This document shows, in pieces, positions 27,926-37,724 of a stretch of DNA of 64,000 nucleotides. Each line of letters opens with the position of its first letter. The first letter of the stretch is position 1. The stretch comes from Thermoanaerobaculia bacterium (GTDB lineage: Bacteria; Acidobacteriota; Thermoanaerobaculia; Gp7-AA8), in NCBI GenBank assembly GCA_963715895.1, contig OY970284.1, positions 5,069,777 to 5,133,776 on the forward strand. Reading direction: 5' to 3'. A model generated the notes under the pieces. That model had not been told where the DNA came from, searched no databases, and was given only the letters and a program-made list of their open reading frames with translations. The translations under genes were made by a program, and so were the position numbers.

Positions 27926-29152
27926 TTAGGTGTTCAGTGGCTTACAGTTCACCTCATAACCGAGCTTGGTGAGCTCACGCATGAGATGGCGCGAGCGTTG
28001 TTGTCGGGTGACCTCGGGATCAGCATTCCGGGGTGGGGTGTACGGGACCTTCTTGGAGATCATGTGGTAGAGCGCGACAGCGATTTCGCGAGCGACAGCC
28101 ACGAAGGCACGTCGAGGTCCGCGGCGCGCAGCAAGGCGGTGGAAGCGGTGCGCGAGGTGCGAACCGATGGTCTGTGAGGCACCCACTGCGGCCTGAATGA
28201 GGATGGTTTTCACGTAGGGGTTCCCTTCGCGAGCCTTTGCCTTTTTGCGAACGCCGGCACTTTCGCGATTGCCGGGACAGGTTCCCGACCAGGCTGCGAA
28301 CTGACGATCAGTCTTCCAGGCCGTCATGTCCGTTCCGATCTCAGCGATCAGATCGATTGCCAATATCCGGTTCACGCCGGGAATGGTGTCGAGCAAGGCG
28401 ATCACGTCTTCGAAGGGGCCGACTTTCTTCTGAATGAGCTTTTCTAATTGCTCGATCTGAGCTTCCAGATCGGCGATGACCTTCAATTCCACTCGCAGCA
28501 GGCTCGCGTCTTCCTTGCTGAATGATCCTCGAAAGGCACGCATCAGCGCCCCTCGCTTCCCACGCAGCCTCCCTTTGGCCAACTCCGACAACTCCCGAGG
28601 ATCCGTCACTCCGCCAGCCAATCCGGCCAGCATCAGACGTCCAGAGACCCCGAAAATATCTGAGGCAACCGAAGACAGCTTGATGGTCGCGCACTGCAGA
28701 AGCTTCTCCACGCGCAGCAGACATGCCGTGCGCGTCTGCATCAGCTTGCGCCGGTAACGCGAGGCCTGTCTCAGATCACGGATCGGCCGCGGTGGAACGA
28801 AGTTCGGTTGAATCAGGCCATGTCGCAGAAGCTTGGCGATCCACTGCGCATCGGAAACATCCGTCTTTCGTCCGGGTACATTCGCCATGTGGCGGGGGTT
28901 CCCGAGGATGATTTCCAGTACTCCCTCCAGCACTTGGTATACCGGCATCCAATACACGCCGGTGCTTTCCATCGCCACATGCGTGCACTGCCTTTGGATC
29001 AACCAATCACGCATGCGCTCGATCTCATCGCGAAACGTTCCGAATGTGCACGTGACCACCGTCGGCGGGCTGCTCCGCCCATCGATACAACACGCCACGA
29101 TTTTCTTTTTGTGCACGTCCAGACCTGCTCCCACTACAACGACTACTTCCAT
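27926..29152 (-). CDS. IS110-family recombinase/transposase
   Basis: DEDD RuvC motifs GLDVHK, AMESTG, KTDVSDA; TIPGV; catalytic Ser in GNRESAG; AGGAGG RBS. Confidence 0.95.
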   Translation of the reverse strand: MEVVVVVGAGLDVHKKKIVACCIDGRSSPPTVVTCTFGTFRDEIERMRDWLIQRQCTHVAMESTGVYWMPVYQVLEGVLEIILGNPRHMANVPGRKTDVSDAQWIAKLLRHGLIQPNFVPPRPIRDLRQASRYRRKLMQTRTACLLRVEKLLQCATIKLSSVASDIFGVSGRLMLAGLAGGVTDPRELSELAKGRLRGKRGALMRAFRGSFSKEDASLLRVELKVIADLEAQIEQLEKLIQKKVGPFEDVIALLDTIPGVNRILAIDLIAEIGTDMTAWKTDRQFAAWSGTCPGNRESAGVRKKAKAREGNPYVKTILIQAAVGASQTIGSHLAHRFHRLAARRGPRRAFVAVAREIAVALYHMISKKVPYTPPRNADPEVTRQQRSRHLMRELTKLGYEVNCKPLNT

Positions 29153-29409
29153 GACACCCTCCTTTCATGAGGTGTCCAAGAACGCGTACGCCGCCATTCG
29201 AACTCAGAATCTGCTCTGCGTGCTTGTTCGGACTTCCGAACGTCATCAAACGGTGGTACCTATGCCGGCGCGGGATCAGCCTCCCCCACGGGGCTCTGTA
29301 GCCTCAGTTAAGGTTTCGACCTCTTCGCGTCTTAGACACCGCAAAAGGTCGGTCCGGCTGGTCCCGCCTGCAACTTCGTCCACGGCGGTCGGCCGAAGGC
29401 CGGCGGGCC
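29153..29409 (-). ncRNA. Putative bridge RNA (seekRNA) in the IS110 non-coding end
   Basis: Contains CTCCCCCAC (29281-89; target flank CTCCCCCGC), AAGGT (29310-14; complement of target ACCTT) and CTGCTCTG (29211-18; donor junction). Confidence 0.75.
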
Positions 29410-29519
29410 CTCCCCCGCAAGGAACCGCGTGGGAGAAGGCCCTCGACGAGTAACAGAGTTGCCGGCGATTCAAGTGAGTGTGTGAGAAATGCGGCTAGCC
29501 CGGGGCTAGCGCTCCACGA

Positions 29520-30440
29520 TCACTTGCAGGGCACGGCACCGCCTCCGGAGCCGTCCACGTATTGGACCGTGTTCCAACAGCCGGGCGTAGCGCTAAGGGT
29601 GCTGTACTGGGGGCCGATCGCATAGGGTGTCGATGACCAGCCGACGTTCCCTTGCGAGCAGATCGCATTCCATGTGCACGCACTGCTATCCGAGACGAAC
29701 GTCGAGTTGACCGTGCAGTTTGCCTGGGCATCGCAGCAACGGTAGGCGCAGGAGGCGTGGTACGTCGCCTGCAGCCAACCGAATTCCGCCGAGACGTTCG
29801 TGGACGCCGTCGGAGAGAGGGTGCAGGGATTGCCCTGACCGGCACAGGCTCCCGACCAGCCGGCGAACAGGATTTGATTGTTGTTGTTGTTGTTGGGTGT
29901 GGCTGTGAGCGTGATCTTCGGCCCGGTTGCCGGAGCCGAGCAGGTGCCCGAGCCATTGTCGCAACTGAGGCCGCCGCCGCTGATCGTTCCTCCGAAGATC
30001 GACGGGCTGACGGTGATCTTAGGTGCCGCGGCCACCGTGAGGTGAAACTGCAGGGGTGGTACCGAGGCCGCGCTTGCCGTTGCCGTGACCGTGACCGTTC
30101 CGCTATCCGGCTGAAGGGTCAGACCCGTGAGCGACGCCTTGCCGCTGTCATCGGCACTGACTTGCGACCCGTTCGGCATCCCGCAAGAGACCGGCGCACC
30201 GCTGCCGTTCGTGCAACTGAAGGTGACCGCCACGGACGGGATCGGGGTGCCGCAGATGGTCACCTGCACCGTCAACGGCTGGAACGACACCGGTTGTCCG
30301 TACGCGGTCACCGTTTGACCGTCGCCGCTGACCAGGAGGAGCTTCGATGGCTTCTTGCAGGGTTTCGGGTGCGACACGGCGAAAAGAGGAGCTGCCGCCG
30401 AGAGTCCAAGCACCAGGGCAGCTGAGAAAGTGATCCGCAT
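29520..30440 (-). CDS. Secreted protein with Big_1-like Ig domain, InlB B-repeat-like domain and Cys-rich C-terminus
   Basis: Signal peptide; VSGDGQT...PLTVQV; ITLTATP...FAGWSGAC.G..C.L......V.A.F. Confidence 0.7.
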   Translation of the reverse strand: MRITFSAALVLGLSAAAPLFAVSHPKPCKKPSKLLLVSGDGQTVTAYGQPVSFQPLTVQVTICGTPIPSVAVTFSCTNGSGAPVSCGMPNGSQVSADDSGKASLTGLTLQPDSGTVTVTATASAASVPPLQFHLTVAAAPKITVSPSIFGGTISGGGLSCDNGSGTCSAPATGPKITLTATPNNNNNNQILFAGWSGACAGQGNPCTLSPTASTNVSAEFGWLQATYHASCAYRCCDAQANCTVNSTFVSDSSACTWNAICSQGNVGWSSTPYAIGPQYSTLSATPGCWNTVQYVDGSGGGAVPCK

Positions 30441-30531
30441 GAGCCATTCTCTCACGATGGCCGCGGCTACCCTTCGGCGGTCACACTTGGCTATCTGCCG
30501 ACGCGCGACCGCTTTCTGCAACTCCGCCGCG

Positions 30532-31230
30532 TCAGAGTGCTGGCGTCCCGTCCGACCACTTGCCCAACGGGACGAGAAACACGGTCATCCGGCCGAGATC
30601 GTCCCTGATGCCGAACAGAGGAGCGCCCGGCAGGCCTGCGCCCCAAGTTGCAGGATCGGTCGGTGGAAAAAAGAACATCAGGTGAGGGTGCCAGTGTCCG
30701 TCATGGCTGTTCAAGTACCCTTGCTTTGACATCATGTAGCACATCGCCCCCGGTCCCGGCGGCGGCAATTCCTTTCTGTCGAGGGCGGCTTTGATGTCCT
30801 TGATCATCGCAGCTTTGGATCGTGTCGCCAGGATCACCTTGGTTTTCCTGATCGTTAGCGCGAGATAGGATGGCACGGCCGCCGCGTTGAAGCAGTTCGG
30901 AGACCGCAGCCTGGGGTTCCAGAAATCGGCATCGTCGACTGGGGAAGCCCATGACCGTTCCACCATGCAGACGAAACCGTTCCTGCCGTTGACCGCGGTT
31001 TCGTAGCCATGTTGTCCGAGAACCATGACCTCGGCATCGCGTGAGATGGAATCGGGAGCAGCAGTCCGCGCCAGCGCGATCTCAGCCTTTCGCTCCATCA
31101 GGTATTGGTCGAGCGTCGCCATGTCGGGATACTTTGTTTTGGCGTCCTCGGCCCCCGCCGGCCACCCGGCTGTCAGCACGACAAGGAGCACGAAGCTCGT
31201 GAACGCAATCGTCCAGGCCTTCTGCTTCAT
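30532..31230 (-). CDS. Secreted hypothetical protein
   Basis: Signal peptide; EIALARTAAP...GFVCMVER...YMMSK.GYL...WHPHLMFF; coupled to the DoxX-like gene. Confidence 0.75.
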   Translation of the reverse strand: MKQKAWTIAFTSFVLLVVLTAGWPAGAEDAKTKYPDMATLDQYLMERKAEIALARTAAPDSISRDAEVMVLGQHGYETAVNGRNGFVCMVERSWASPVDDADFWNPRLRSPNCFNAAAVPSYLALTIRKTKVILATRSKAAMIKDIKAALDRKELPPPGPGAMCYMMSKQGYLNSHDGHWHPHLMFFFPPTDPATWGAGLPGAPLFGIRDDLGRMTVFLVPLGKWSDGTPAL

Positions 31231-32009
31231 TGATCTCTCCTCTTCTGAATGCCCACCGTGCCCGCCAGCATGAACGCGACGGCGCTGTCGGAAACCGCCT
31301 GAAAGCTACGTGAGACCTCGCTGACCGTCTTCGTATTGATGGCCAGAGGGATGTGAACGAGGAAGACCCAACTGAACACCATGATTCCCGACAGCATCGC
31401 CGCCAGGCGGGCCGTTTTCGGCACGAGGAGGCCCACACCGCCGGCGATCAGCGCGATTGCGGCGAAGTAGGTCCAGAACATGTGCCATGGAATCCACGGC
31501 GGGATCAGGCTGGCCACGTACTTGGCGTACGGGAAGTGGGACAAGCCGCAGAACGCCAGGAATGCGCCGAGCGCCAGCGGCGCGAAGCGCGCGACCGTTT
31601 CGAAAACACGGTCGAGGGAGCTGCCGTCGCCTCGAGCGCCGAACAGGCCCACACCGCCGAAGATCGCCAGCACCATCAGAGGATCCACCCACACGTATCC
31701 CGTCGAGGCATGCGCGAGCGCCACCGGGAGGCCGAACCCAAAGAACAACACCAGCAGCAGCACCCCCAGCACGACGGCAGCCGCCGAAAGCGTTCTCCGG
31801 ACGAGCAAGCCCAGGCCGATGAGAATGAAGAGCACGCCGAACAGGTAGAGCAGCCACAGGGGCGGGAGCCGGGCGGGATTCACAGGCACGAGGTTCACCC
31901 AGCGGCCCGTCACGAGTTGGTAGATCCCGGAGGCGACGACAGAAAGGGCGAAGAGGAGCCGGCCGGTCCTCAGCAGCAGCGACGGCGTTTCCGGAAAGTG
32001 ATCGCCCAT
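31227..32009 (-). CDS. DoxX-like membrane protein (duplicated)
   Basis: About 8 TM helices; HF.YAKYVASLIPPWIPWHMFWTYF motif. Confidence 0.75.
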   Translation of the reverse strand: MGDHFPETPSLLLRTGRLLFALSVVASGIYQLVTGRWVNLVPVNPARLPPLWLLYLFGVLFILIGLGLLVRRTLSAAAVVLGVLLLVLFFGFGLPVALAHASTGYVWVDPLMVLAIFGGVGLFGARGDGSSLDRVFETVARFAPLALGAFLAFCGLSHFPYAKYVASLIPPWIPWHMFWTYFAAIALIAGGVGLLVPKTARLAAMLSGIMVFSWVFLVHIPLAINTKTVSEVSRSFQAVSDSAVAFMLAGTVGIQKRRDQ

Positions 32010-32315
32010 CGCCGCGCAGGCTAGCATCGCGGCGGTCTCGCAATCGCGTCCAAACGGTGACGTTTCCGAGACGTCGATTCGCGGCTCCGCGCCATGCTGC
32101 GCCAGGGACCAGAACGGACGCGCCGGTTGCAATCAGTTCGCGGGAGCGGGTGACCTGAAGGATAGTCCTTCCGCTCTTCAGGAGGGTTCGGAAGGCTTCG
32201 GGATGCCTTCAGCTAGAATATCTGCTGGAGAAGTCAGCCGGTGTTGTCAGAATGGCCGTAACTGGTGAAACCGGCGTGGCGGCTTCAATCTGGCAAGAGG
32301 TTGTGGAGAACGTAC

Positions 32316-32774
32316 ATGGAAAACTTACAGCAACCCAAGTCTTTAGAAGAGCTCAAGAAACTCAGGAAGCCGGTTCGCAACGTTAACCGCGAGTTCCGCC
32401 CACGTCTGAGCGGTCTTGAAAGACTGGCCGTGTGGATCACCGACCACGTTGGTACCATGGGTTTCTTTTTGATTATCTTTGGCTGGACTGTCGTCTGGTT
32501 GTCCTGGAATATGTTTGCTCCACAGAAGCTGCGCTTTGATCCTTATCCGGCATTTGTTCTGTGGTTGTTCCTTTCAAACATGATCCAGATCTTCCTCATG
32601 CCGCTGATTATGATCGGTCAAAACCTGCAGGCCAGGCATGCCGAAGCGAGAGCAGAAGCGGACTTTGAGGTGAACACGAAAGCAGAGCGGGAAATAGAAA
32701 CGATCCTTATACATCTGGAGAATCAAAACAATGTCATGCTGAAGATCTTGACGAAACTCGGGGCTGACCACTAA
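32316..32774 (+). CDS. DUF1003 family membrane protein
   Basis: FDPYPAF...LMPLIMIGQN...ADFEVNTKAE.EIE. Confidence 0.85.
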   Translation: MENLQQPKSLEELKKLRKPVRNVNREFRPRLSGLERLAVWITDHVGTMGFFLIIFGWTVVWLSWNMFAPQKLRFDPYPAFVLWLFLSNMIQIFLMPLIMIGQNLQARHAEARAEADFEVNTKAEREIETILIHLENQNNVMLKILTKLGADH

Positions 32775-32783
32775 CCACCACGC

Positions 32784-33629
32784 TCAGCGCCGCGGCTCCT
32801 TGTTTGGATTGGCATGATGCGCGAGGGTGGAGAGCCGGTGCGCCGCACGTGTCAGGAGTTGATAGCAGCGAACACGCAGTTTGTTCATCCCGGTGTGCTT
32901 TCCGTGCTGCTGCCAGTAGATGTAGGGATCTCCGCTGAAGCGGACCGTGTCGTGACTGCTGTAATAGTAGAGGGCGAGCGAACGGCGCCAATGGCCGGCG
33001 GCGACGGGAGTGGAAAAGCCGTGCACGGAGCGGTCGTCGGTCCGGAAGATCACGAACGTGCCCCACTTGGGGATCACCAGCCTGGCCGGCTGCTTCGCCC
33101 CTTTTTCCCAAAGCTCCAGGCAGCCGCCGAAACTCTCTTCCCATTCCGGGTTCAGGTAGAGCAGCACGTTGATGCGCCGGTAGAGTCGCAGCCGTTCGTA
33201 ATAGTGGGCGTCCGTGTGGGGCATGAGCACGCCCCCCGGCGCGCTGCAATGAAGTCCTCCCCCTTCATAGTAGGGATCGGGAATCAGCCCGGCGATCCCG
33301 CTCACCGACTCCAGAAATCGGAGAAACGGCGGAGCCGTAAGCTCATAGAGCATCGATGAGATCAGCGGCGGAAGGATGTCGGTGTCGCGGCAATACATCT
33401 TGCCGGATTGGTAAAAATCACGGCGCTTGTTCCAGTATGGCGAGTCAGGTGCGGGGTAGACGTCCGCCATCTGATCCGGTGTCAGATTGAGAAAGTTCTC
33501 GAAGACGAGGTGCGAGAAGGGTTGGGCCAGCGTGAATTCCGACGCCAGCCGCTCCACGAGCTCCGGAGAAAAGGCTCGATAGGCGAAGAACCCCTGCCGT
33601 TCGCTCGTGATCGTGACCGGTACTGTCAT
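32784..33629 (-). CDS. 2OG-Fe(II) oxygenase
   Basis: GGGLH...HTD...LLYLNPEW...GG.LELW...HGF...R.SLALYYY. Confidence 0.88.
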   Translation of the reverse strand: MTVPVTITSERQGFFAYRAFSPELVERLASEFTLAQPFSHLVFENFLNLTPDQMADVYPAPDSPYWNKRRDFYQSGKMYCRDTDILPPLISSMLYELTAPPFLRFLESVSGIAGLIPDPYYEGGGLHCSAPGGVLMPHTDAHYYERLRLYRRINVLLYLNPEWEESFGGCLELWEKGAKQPARLVIPKWGTFVIFRTDDRSVHGFSTPVAAGHWRRSLALYYYSSHDTVRFSGDPYIYWQQHGKHTGMNKLRVRCYQLLTRAAHRLSTLAHHANPNKEPRR

Positions 33630-33660
33630 TCCAACTCCCGATTCCTCCGCGTTCCGGAAT

Positions 33661-34430
33661 TCACGTCAGCGCCTTCCGCCGGAACTGGCGAAGGCCGAAG
33701 AGGAGAAGGCCCGTGTCGAAGGCCACCAATACGGTCAGAATGACCACCTGGGGGAGATGTGGCGACTGTGGCACGAGGGCGCTGCGGAAGCCCTCGCTGG
33801 CGTAGACCAGCGGATTGATGAGCACGACGCGCTTGAGGATGGGGAACTTGGCCAGTGCAGTCCATGGGTAATACGTGCAGCCGAAGAAGATCATCGGGGC
33901 CATGACCATGCTGAACATCAGCCCGACCTGCTGCTGGCCGACCGAGCAGCCGAGGACCAGGCCGAGCGTTGACGAGAGAGCGGCCACGAGCAGGGCCGTG
34001 AGGATGAAGAGTCCAATGTTGGCGCCGCTCATATTCGACGCCCCCCATCACCAGCCAGCCGAGGGGAATCACCACCAGACCGGAGACAAGGGCCTGGATC
34101 ATTCCCGGCCACGATCTTCTCCACGGCCAGCCATTCCAGATCCATGGGGGCCAGCAGACGGTCCTCGATCTCCTTGGTGAACTGGAGCTCGGCGATGAGC
34201 GGCATCGTCACCGCCCAGGTGCCGGTCATGATCATGCTCAGGGCGATGATGCCGGGAAGGAGCAGGGCCTTGTACTGCGCCGACATCAGGCCGCTGGAGG
34301 TCATCACCCTGCCGAAGATGAAGACGAACATCATCGGCTGCAGCAGGGTCTGAAAAGCCAGTTGCACGGAGTTGCGCCGGGCCACGTGCGCGTCGCGCGC
34401 CAGCATGGCCAGAAAGGTGGTCACGTTCAT
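33661..34430 (-). pseudogene. ABC-2 permease with two frameshifts (or sequencing errors)
   Basis: Permease sequence continues across three frames: ...EKIVAG | MIQALVSG...LVMGGV | SGANIGLF...RKALT; shifts near 34102 and 34035. Confidence 0.75.
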
Positions 34431-35386
34431 TCGCGCAGACTCCGTCCTGTGTGGTGCAGAAATAGGTTCTCGAGGCTGGGCTCGGAAATGTGCAGGTCGT
34501 GGATGGCCGCCCCCGAGGCAGCAGCGGCGGCGACGACGTCCGGGACGAGCGAGCCGCCGTGATCGGCATAGACGTCGAGCTGCCCTTCGCCCGGCTCGCG
34601 GACTTCGGACACTCCCGCCAGCCGCCGCACGGCGTCGGCCAGGCCGGCCGGCTTGCTGCCGACCTGCAGGCGCACCAGGTACCCGCCGGGAATGGACTGC
34701 TTCAGCTCCTCGGGCGTGCCGAGGGCGATGACCTTGCCGTGATCGACGATGGCCACGCGATGGCAGAGGGTGTCGGCCTCCTCCATGTTGTGCGTGGTCA
34801 GCAGGATGGTCTTGCCTCGGGCGTTGTACCCTCGGATCATCTCGCTGAGGAGGAGACGCGTCTGGGGATCGAGCCCCGCGCTCGGCTCGTCGAGAAAGAG
34901 AACGTCGGGGTCGTGCATCATGGCCCGGGCGATGGAGAGGCGTTGCATCATCCCGCCGGAGAAGCCGAGCGGCTTCTGATTGGCGCGGTCGGTGAGCTTG
35001 AACTGTTCGAGAAGCGCGTCGGCCCGTTTCTTCCGCTCCTCTGACGAAAGGCCGAAGTAGGCGCCGTGAAAGGTGAGGATCTCCCGCGCGGTGAGGGCGA
35101 AGTCGAGGTTGGGACGCTGCGGCACGACGCCGATCAGCCGTTTGACGGCCTTGCCGTTCTTCCAGACGTCGAGGTCCCCGACCCAGGCCCGCCCCGCCGT
35201 CGGCTGGACCCGGGTGGTGACGATGCCGACGGTGGTGGATTTGCCCGCGCCGTTCGGCCCGAGGAGTCCGAAGATCTCGCCCGGCTGGACCTCGAGCGTC
35301 AACCCGTCGAGAGCGACGACGTCGCCTCTCTGCTGCGCGGCCGGGTAGACCTTCCGCAACCCTTCCGTTCTGATTCCGATCGGCAT
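34427..35386 (-). CDS. ABC transporter ATP-binding protein (DrrA-like)
   Basis: Walker A GPNGAGKST, FSGGM signature, LFLDEP Walker B, TTHNM. Confidence 0.92.
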   Translation of the reverse strand: MPIGIRTEGLRKVYPAAQQRGDVVALDGLTLEVQPGEIFGLLGPNGAGKSTTVGIVTTRVQPTAGRAWVGDLDVWKNGKAVKRLIGVVPQRPNLDFALTAREILTFHGAYFGLSSEERKKRADALLEQFKLTDRANQKPLGFSGGMMQRLSIARAMMHDPDVLFLDEPSAGLDPQTRLLLSEMIRGYNARGKTILLTTHNMEEADTLCHRVAIVDHGKVIALGTPEELKQSIPGGYLVRLQVGSKPAGLADAVRRLAGVSEVREPGEGQLDVYADHGGSLVPDVVAAAAASGAAIHDLHISEPSLENLFLHHTGRSLRE

Positions 35387-35415
35387 GGCGGGGATTGTAA
35401 ACGCAGAGCTCATTT

Positions 35416-35479
35416 CACGCGGAGACGCGGAGGCGCGGAGGAGATGACGGGAAAGGTCTTTCTCCGCGCCTCAGCGTGA
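35416..35479. repeat. Short palindromic intergenic repeat (CACGCGGAGACGCGGAGGCGCGGAG...CTCCGCGCCTCAGCGTG)
   Basis: CGCGGAG direct repeats plus an inverted arm. Confidence 0.55.
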
Positions 35480-35551
35480 GTCCCTCGCTCGTCCTCACGG
35501 CCGCCGCTCCCCGATCCGCGCGATCCCTCGGGCGCGTATATCCTTCCCGCC

Positions 35552-35896
35552 ATGACTGACCTCTTCCTCCACAACCCGCGCTGCAGCAAGAGCCGCGCTG
35601 CGTTGGCGCTCGTCCGCGAGGCCGGCGTCGAGCTACCGGTCCGCGAATATCTGCGCGACCCGCTGTCGGTCGATGAACTGCGCCGGATCGTGCGGTTGCT
35701 CGGCGTTCGCCCGATCGACATCGTGCGTCGCGGCGAACCGCAGTTCAAGTCGCTCGCCCTCGGCGACACCACCCCGGACGACGAGGTACTGCGCGCGATG
35801 GCCGAGCATCCAATCCTCATCGAGCGCCCGATCGTCGTCCGCGGCGGCCGGGCAGTGGTGGGACGGCCCCCGGAGAGGGTGCGGGAGATCCTGTAG
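35552..35896 (+). CDS. arsC: Glutaredoxin-type arsenate reductase (ArsC family)
   Basis: HNPRCSKSR and HPILIERPIV...GRPPE. Confidence 0.85.
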   Translation: MTDLFLHNPRCSKSRAALALVREAGVELPVREYLRDPLSVDELRRIVRLLGVRPIDIVRRGEPQFKSLALGDTTPDDEVLRAMAEHPILIERPIVVRGGRAVVGRPPERVREIL

Positions 35897-35900
35897 CGGG

Positions 35901-36164
35901 GAGGCCGTTAACGGACTCCCAGAGGTCGTTAACAGACTCCCAGAGGCCGTTAACAGACTCCCAGAGGTCGTTAACACACTCCCAGAGGCCGTTAACGGAC
36001 TCCCAGAGGTCGTTAACAGACTCCCAGAGGCCGTTAACGGACTCCCAGAGGCCGTTAACAGACTCCCAGAGTCCGTTAACACACTCCCTGAGTCCGTTAA
36101 CACACTCCCAGAGTCCGTTAACACACTCCCAGAGTCCGTTAACAGACTCCCGAAGGCCGTTAAC
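35901..36164. repeat. 21-bp tandem repeat, 12 full copies plus 1 partial (GAGGCCGTTAACAGACTCCCA consensus)
   Basis: Read directly; each unit contains the palindrome GTTAAC. Confidence 0.95.
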
Positions 36165-36251
36165 GACCTCACACCCCTGCCCTTGGCACCCCTGATGCTG
36201 GTCTGGTGGGGCGGTGTCTGGAGTGACGTCACCCCTCAAGGAGGGCAGGCG

Positions 36252-36653
36252 ATGGAGACCATGGTCGAGAAGGCGGCAGAGCCGTTGGCGGCGGTGCGGA
36301 GCTACGCTCACGCCTTTGAAACGCTCGATCCGCAGACGGTTGCTCCGTATTACGACGAGCCGTGTCTCGTCATCTCATCGCAAGGCTCCGTGGCGTTGCC
36401 AACGCATGCCGAGGTGGAGCGGTTCTTCGAGCCTTTGATGGGAGATCTCCGGAATCAGGGCTACGCGGCGACGGAGCTTTCGCACATCGAGGAAACGCGC
36501 TTGAGTGACACGCTGGCGATGGTGACGGGGCGAGGCATCTGGCGGAAGGGGGATGGCGCCGAGCTGCGCCGTTTCGGGGCCGTTTACATCCTTCGCAAGA
36601 CGAACGATGCGTGGCGCATCGCCGTCGCCGCGTTTCACGATGGTCTTCGCTGA
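36252..36653 (+). CDS. NTF2/SnoaL-like protein
   Basis: GGAGG RBS; YAHAFETLD...YILRKTNDAWRIAV NTF2-fold pattern. Confidence 0.7.
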   Translation: METMVEKAAEPLAAVRSYAHAFETLDPQTVAPYYDEPCLVISSQGSVALPTHAEVERFFEPLMGDLRNQGYAATELSHIEETRLSDTLAMVTGRGIWRKGDGAELRRFGAVYILRKTNDAWRIAVAAFHDGLR

Positions 36654-36692
36654 GTAAGGCGGGCCATCATCCGCTCCGAGGAAGGAACAGCA

Positions 36693-37563
36693 ATGCCGCA
36701 AGCGACAACCAAAACGCCCGTCTCCTCCGGCTACGCCGAGGCGAACGGCATCAAGCTCTATCACGAGATCTACGGGGAGGGCGAACCGCTGGTCCTGCTG
36801 CACGGCGGCCTGATGACCATCGGCGAAATGTCCACGCTGCTCGATGCGCTCGCGAAGACCCACAAGGTGATCGCGGTCGAGCTGCAGGGGCACGGCCGCA
36901 CGGCCGACACCGACCGTTCGCTCACGATGGAGACGATGGGCGACGACATCGCCGCGCTGCTGGACCATCTCTCCATTCCCAAAGCCGACATCGCCGGCTT
37001 ATCGCTCGGCGCCGCAGTCGGCCTGCGCACCGCCATCCAGCATCCGGAAAAGGTCCGCCGCCTGGTGGTCATCTCCAGCCCGTATGCAAAGAACGGCTGG
37101 TACCCGGAAGCGCAGACAGGCATGGGCGAGGTCAGCGCCGCCATGGCCGAAAATATGATGCAGACGCCGACCGGAAAACTCTCGCGAGCCTGGCCGGAGC
37201 CGCAGCGGTTCCCGCGGTTCCTCGACAAGATGGGCAGGATGCTGGGCGCGTCCTATGACTGGTCCGCCGATGTGAAGAAACTCCCCATGCCGGTCCTGCT
37301 GGTCTATGCCGACAATGACTCCATCTCGCAGAAGCACGTCGCGGAGTTCTTTGCCCTGCTCGGCGGCGGCGTGAAGGAGCCGGGATGGATGAACACCCAG
37401 CTCTCGAGAGCGCGCCTGGCCATCATCCCCGGCTACAGCCACTACAACTTCATCACCTCGGTCGAGCTGGCCCCAGACCATCGAGAAATATCTCGCCGAT
37501 CCGCTCACCAACCCGCCGTCCGGCGCAGCGGCCGCCTCGCGGGCAGGGGTGGCGACAGGATGA
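36693..37563 (+). CDS. Alpha/beta hydrolase, probable frameshift near the C-terminus
   Basis: LHGG, GHGRT, GLSLG nucleophile elbow, GYSHY. A natural-looking end (IEKYLADPL...VATG*) lies in another frame after ~37475. Confidence 0.85.
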
Positions 37564-37724
37564 CCCGCCCGCCGCGCGCGGCATGGCCGCCGTAGGTTTC
37601 CACGGCCCACAGCTCGGTGCCGATGTTCACTTCGCCGGCGCACGTCGGAGGCGATGAAGACCCTCGGCCTGGGCGTAGTATCCTCGCGGTCTTGGCGTCC
37701 ACGAGAACGCCGGAAAGGTGTCTC

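Larger units (their letters stand above)
27817..29411 (-). mobile_element. IS110-family insertion sequence inserted in a REP-like palindrome at a CT core
   Basis: Removing the element restores ...GGCACCTT-CT-CCCCCGCAAGG..., the reverse complement of REP copy 1. CT is present at both junctions (27817-18, 29410-11); no TIRs or long TSD. Confidence 0.9.

Noticed and set aside
29878-29895. (TTG)6 microsatellite as phase-variation switch
   Set aside because: In-frame triplet repeat encoding poly-Asn; length change would not shift the frame.
35901-36164. CRISPR array or real 326-aa ORF (35673-36653)
   Set aside because: Pure tandem repeat. The long ORF overlaps arsC out of frame, and a good RBS supports a start at 36252.
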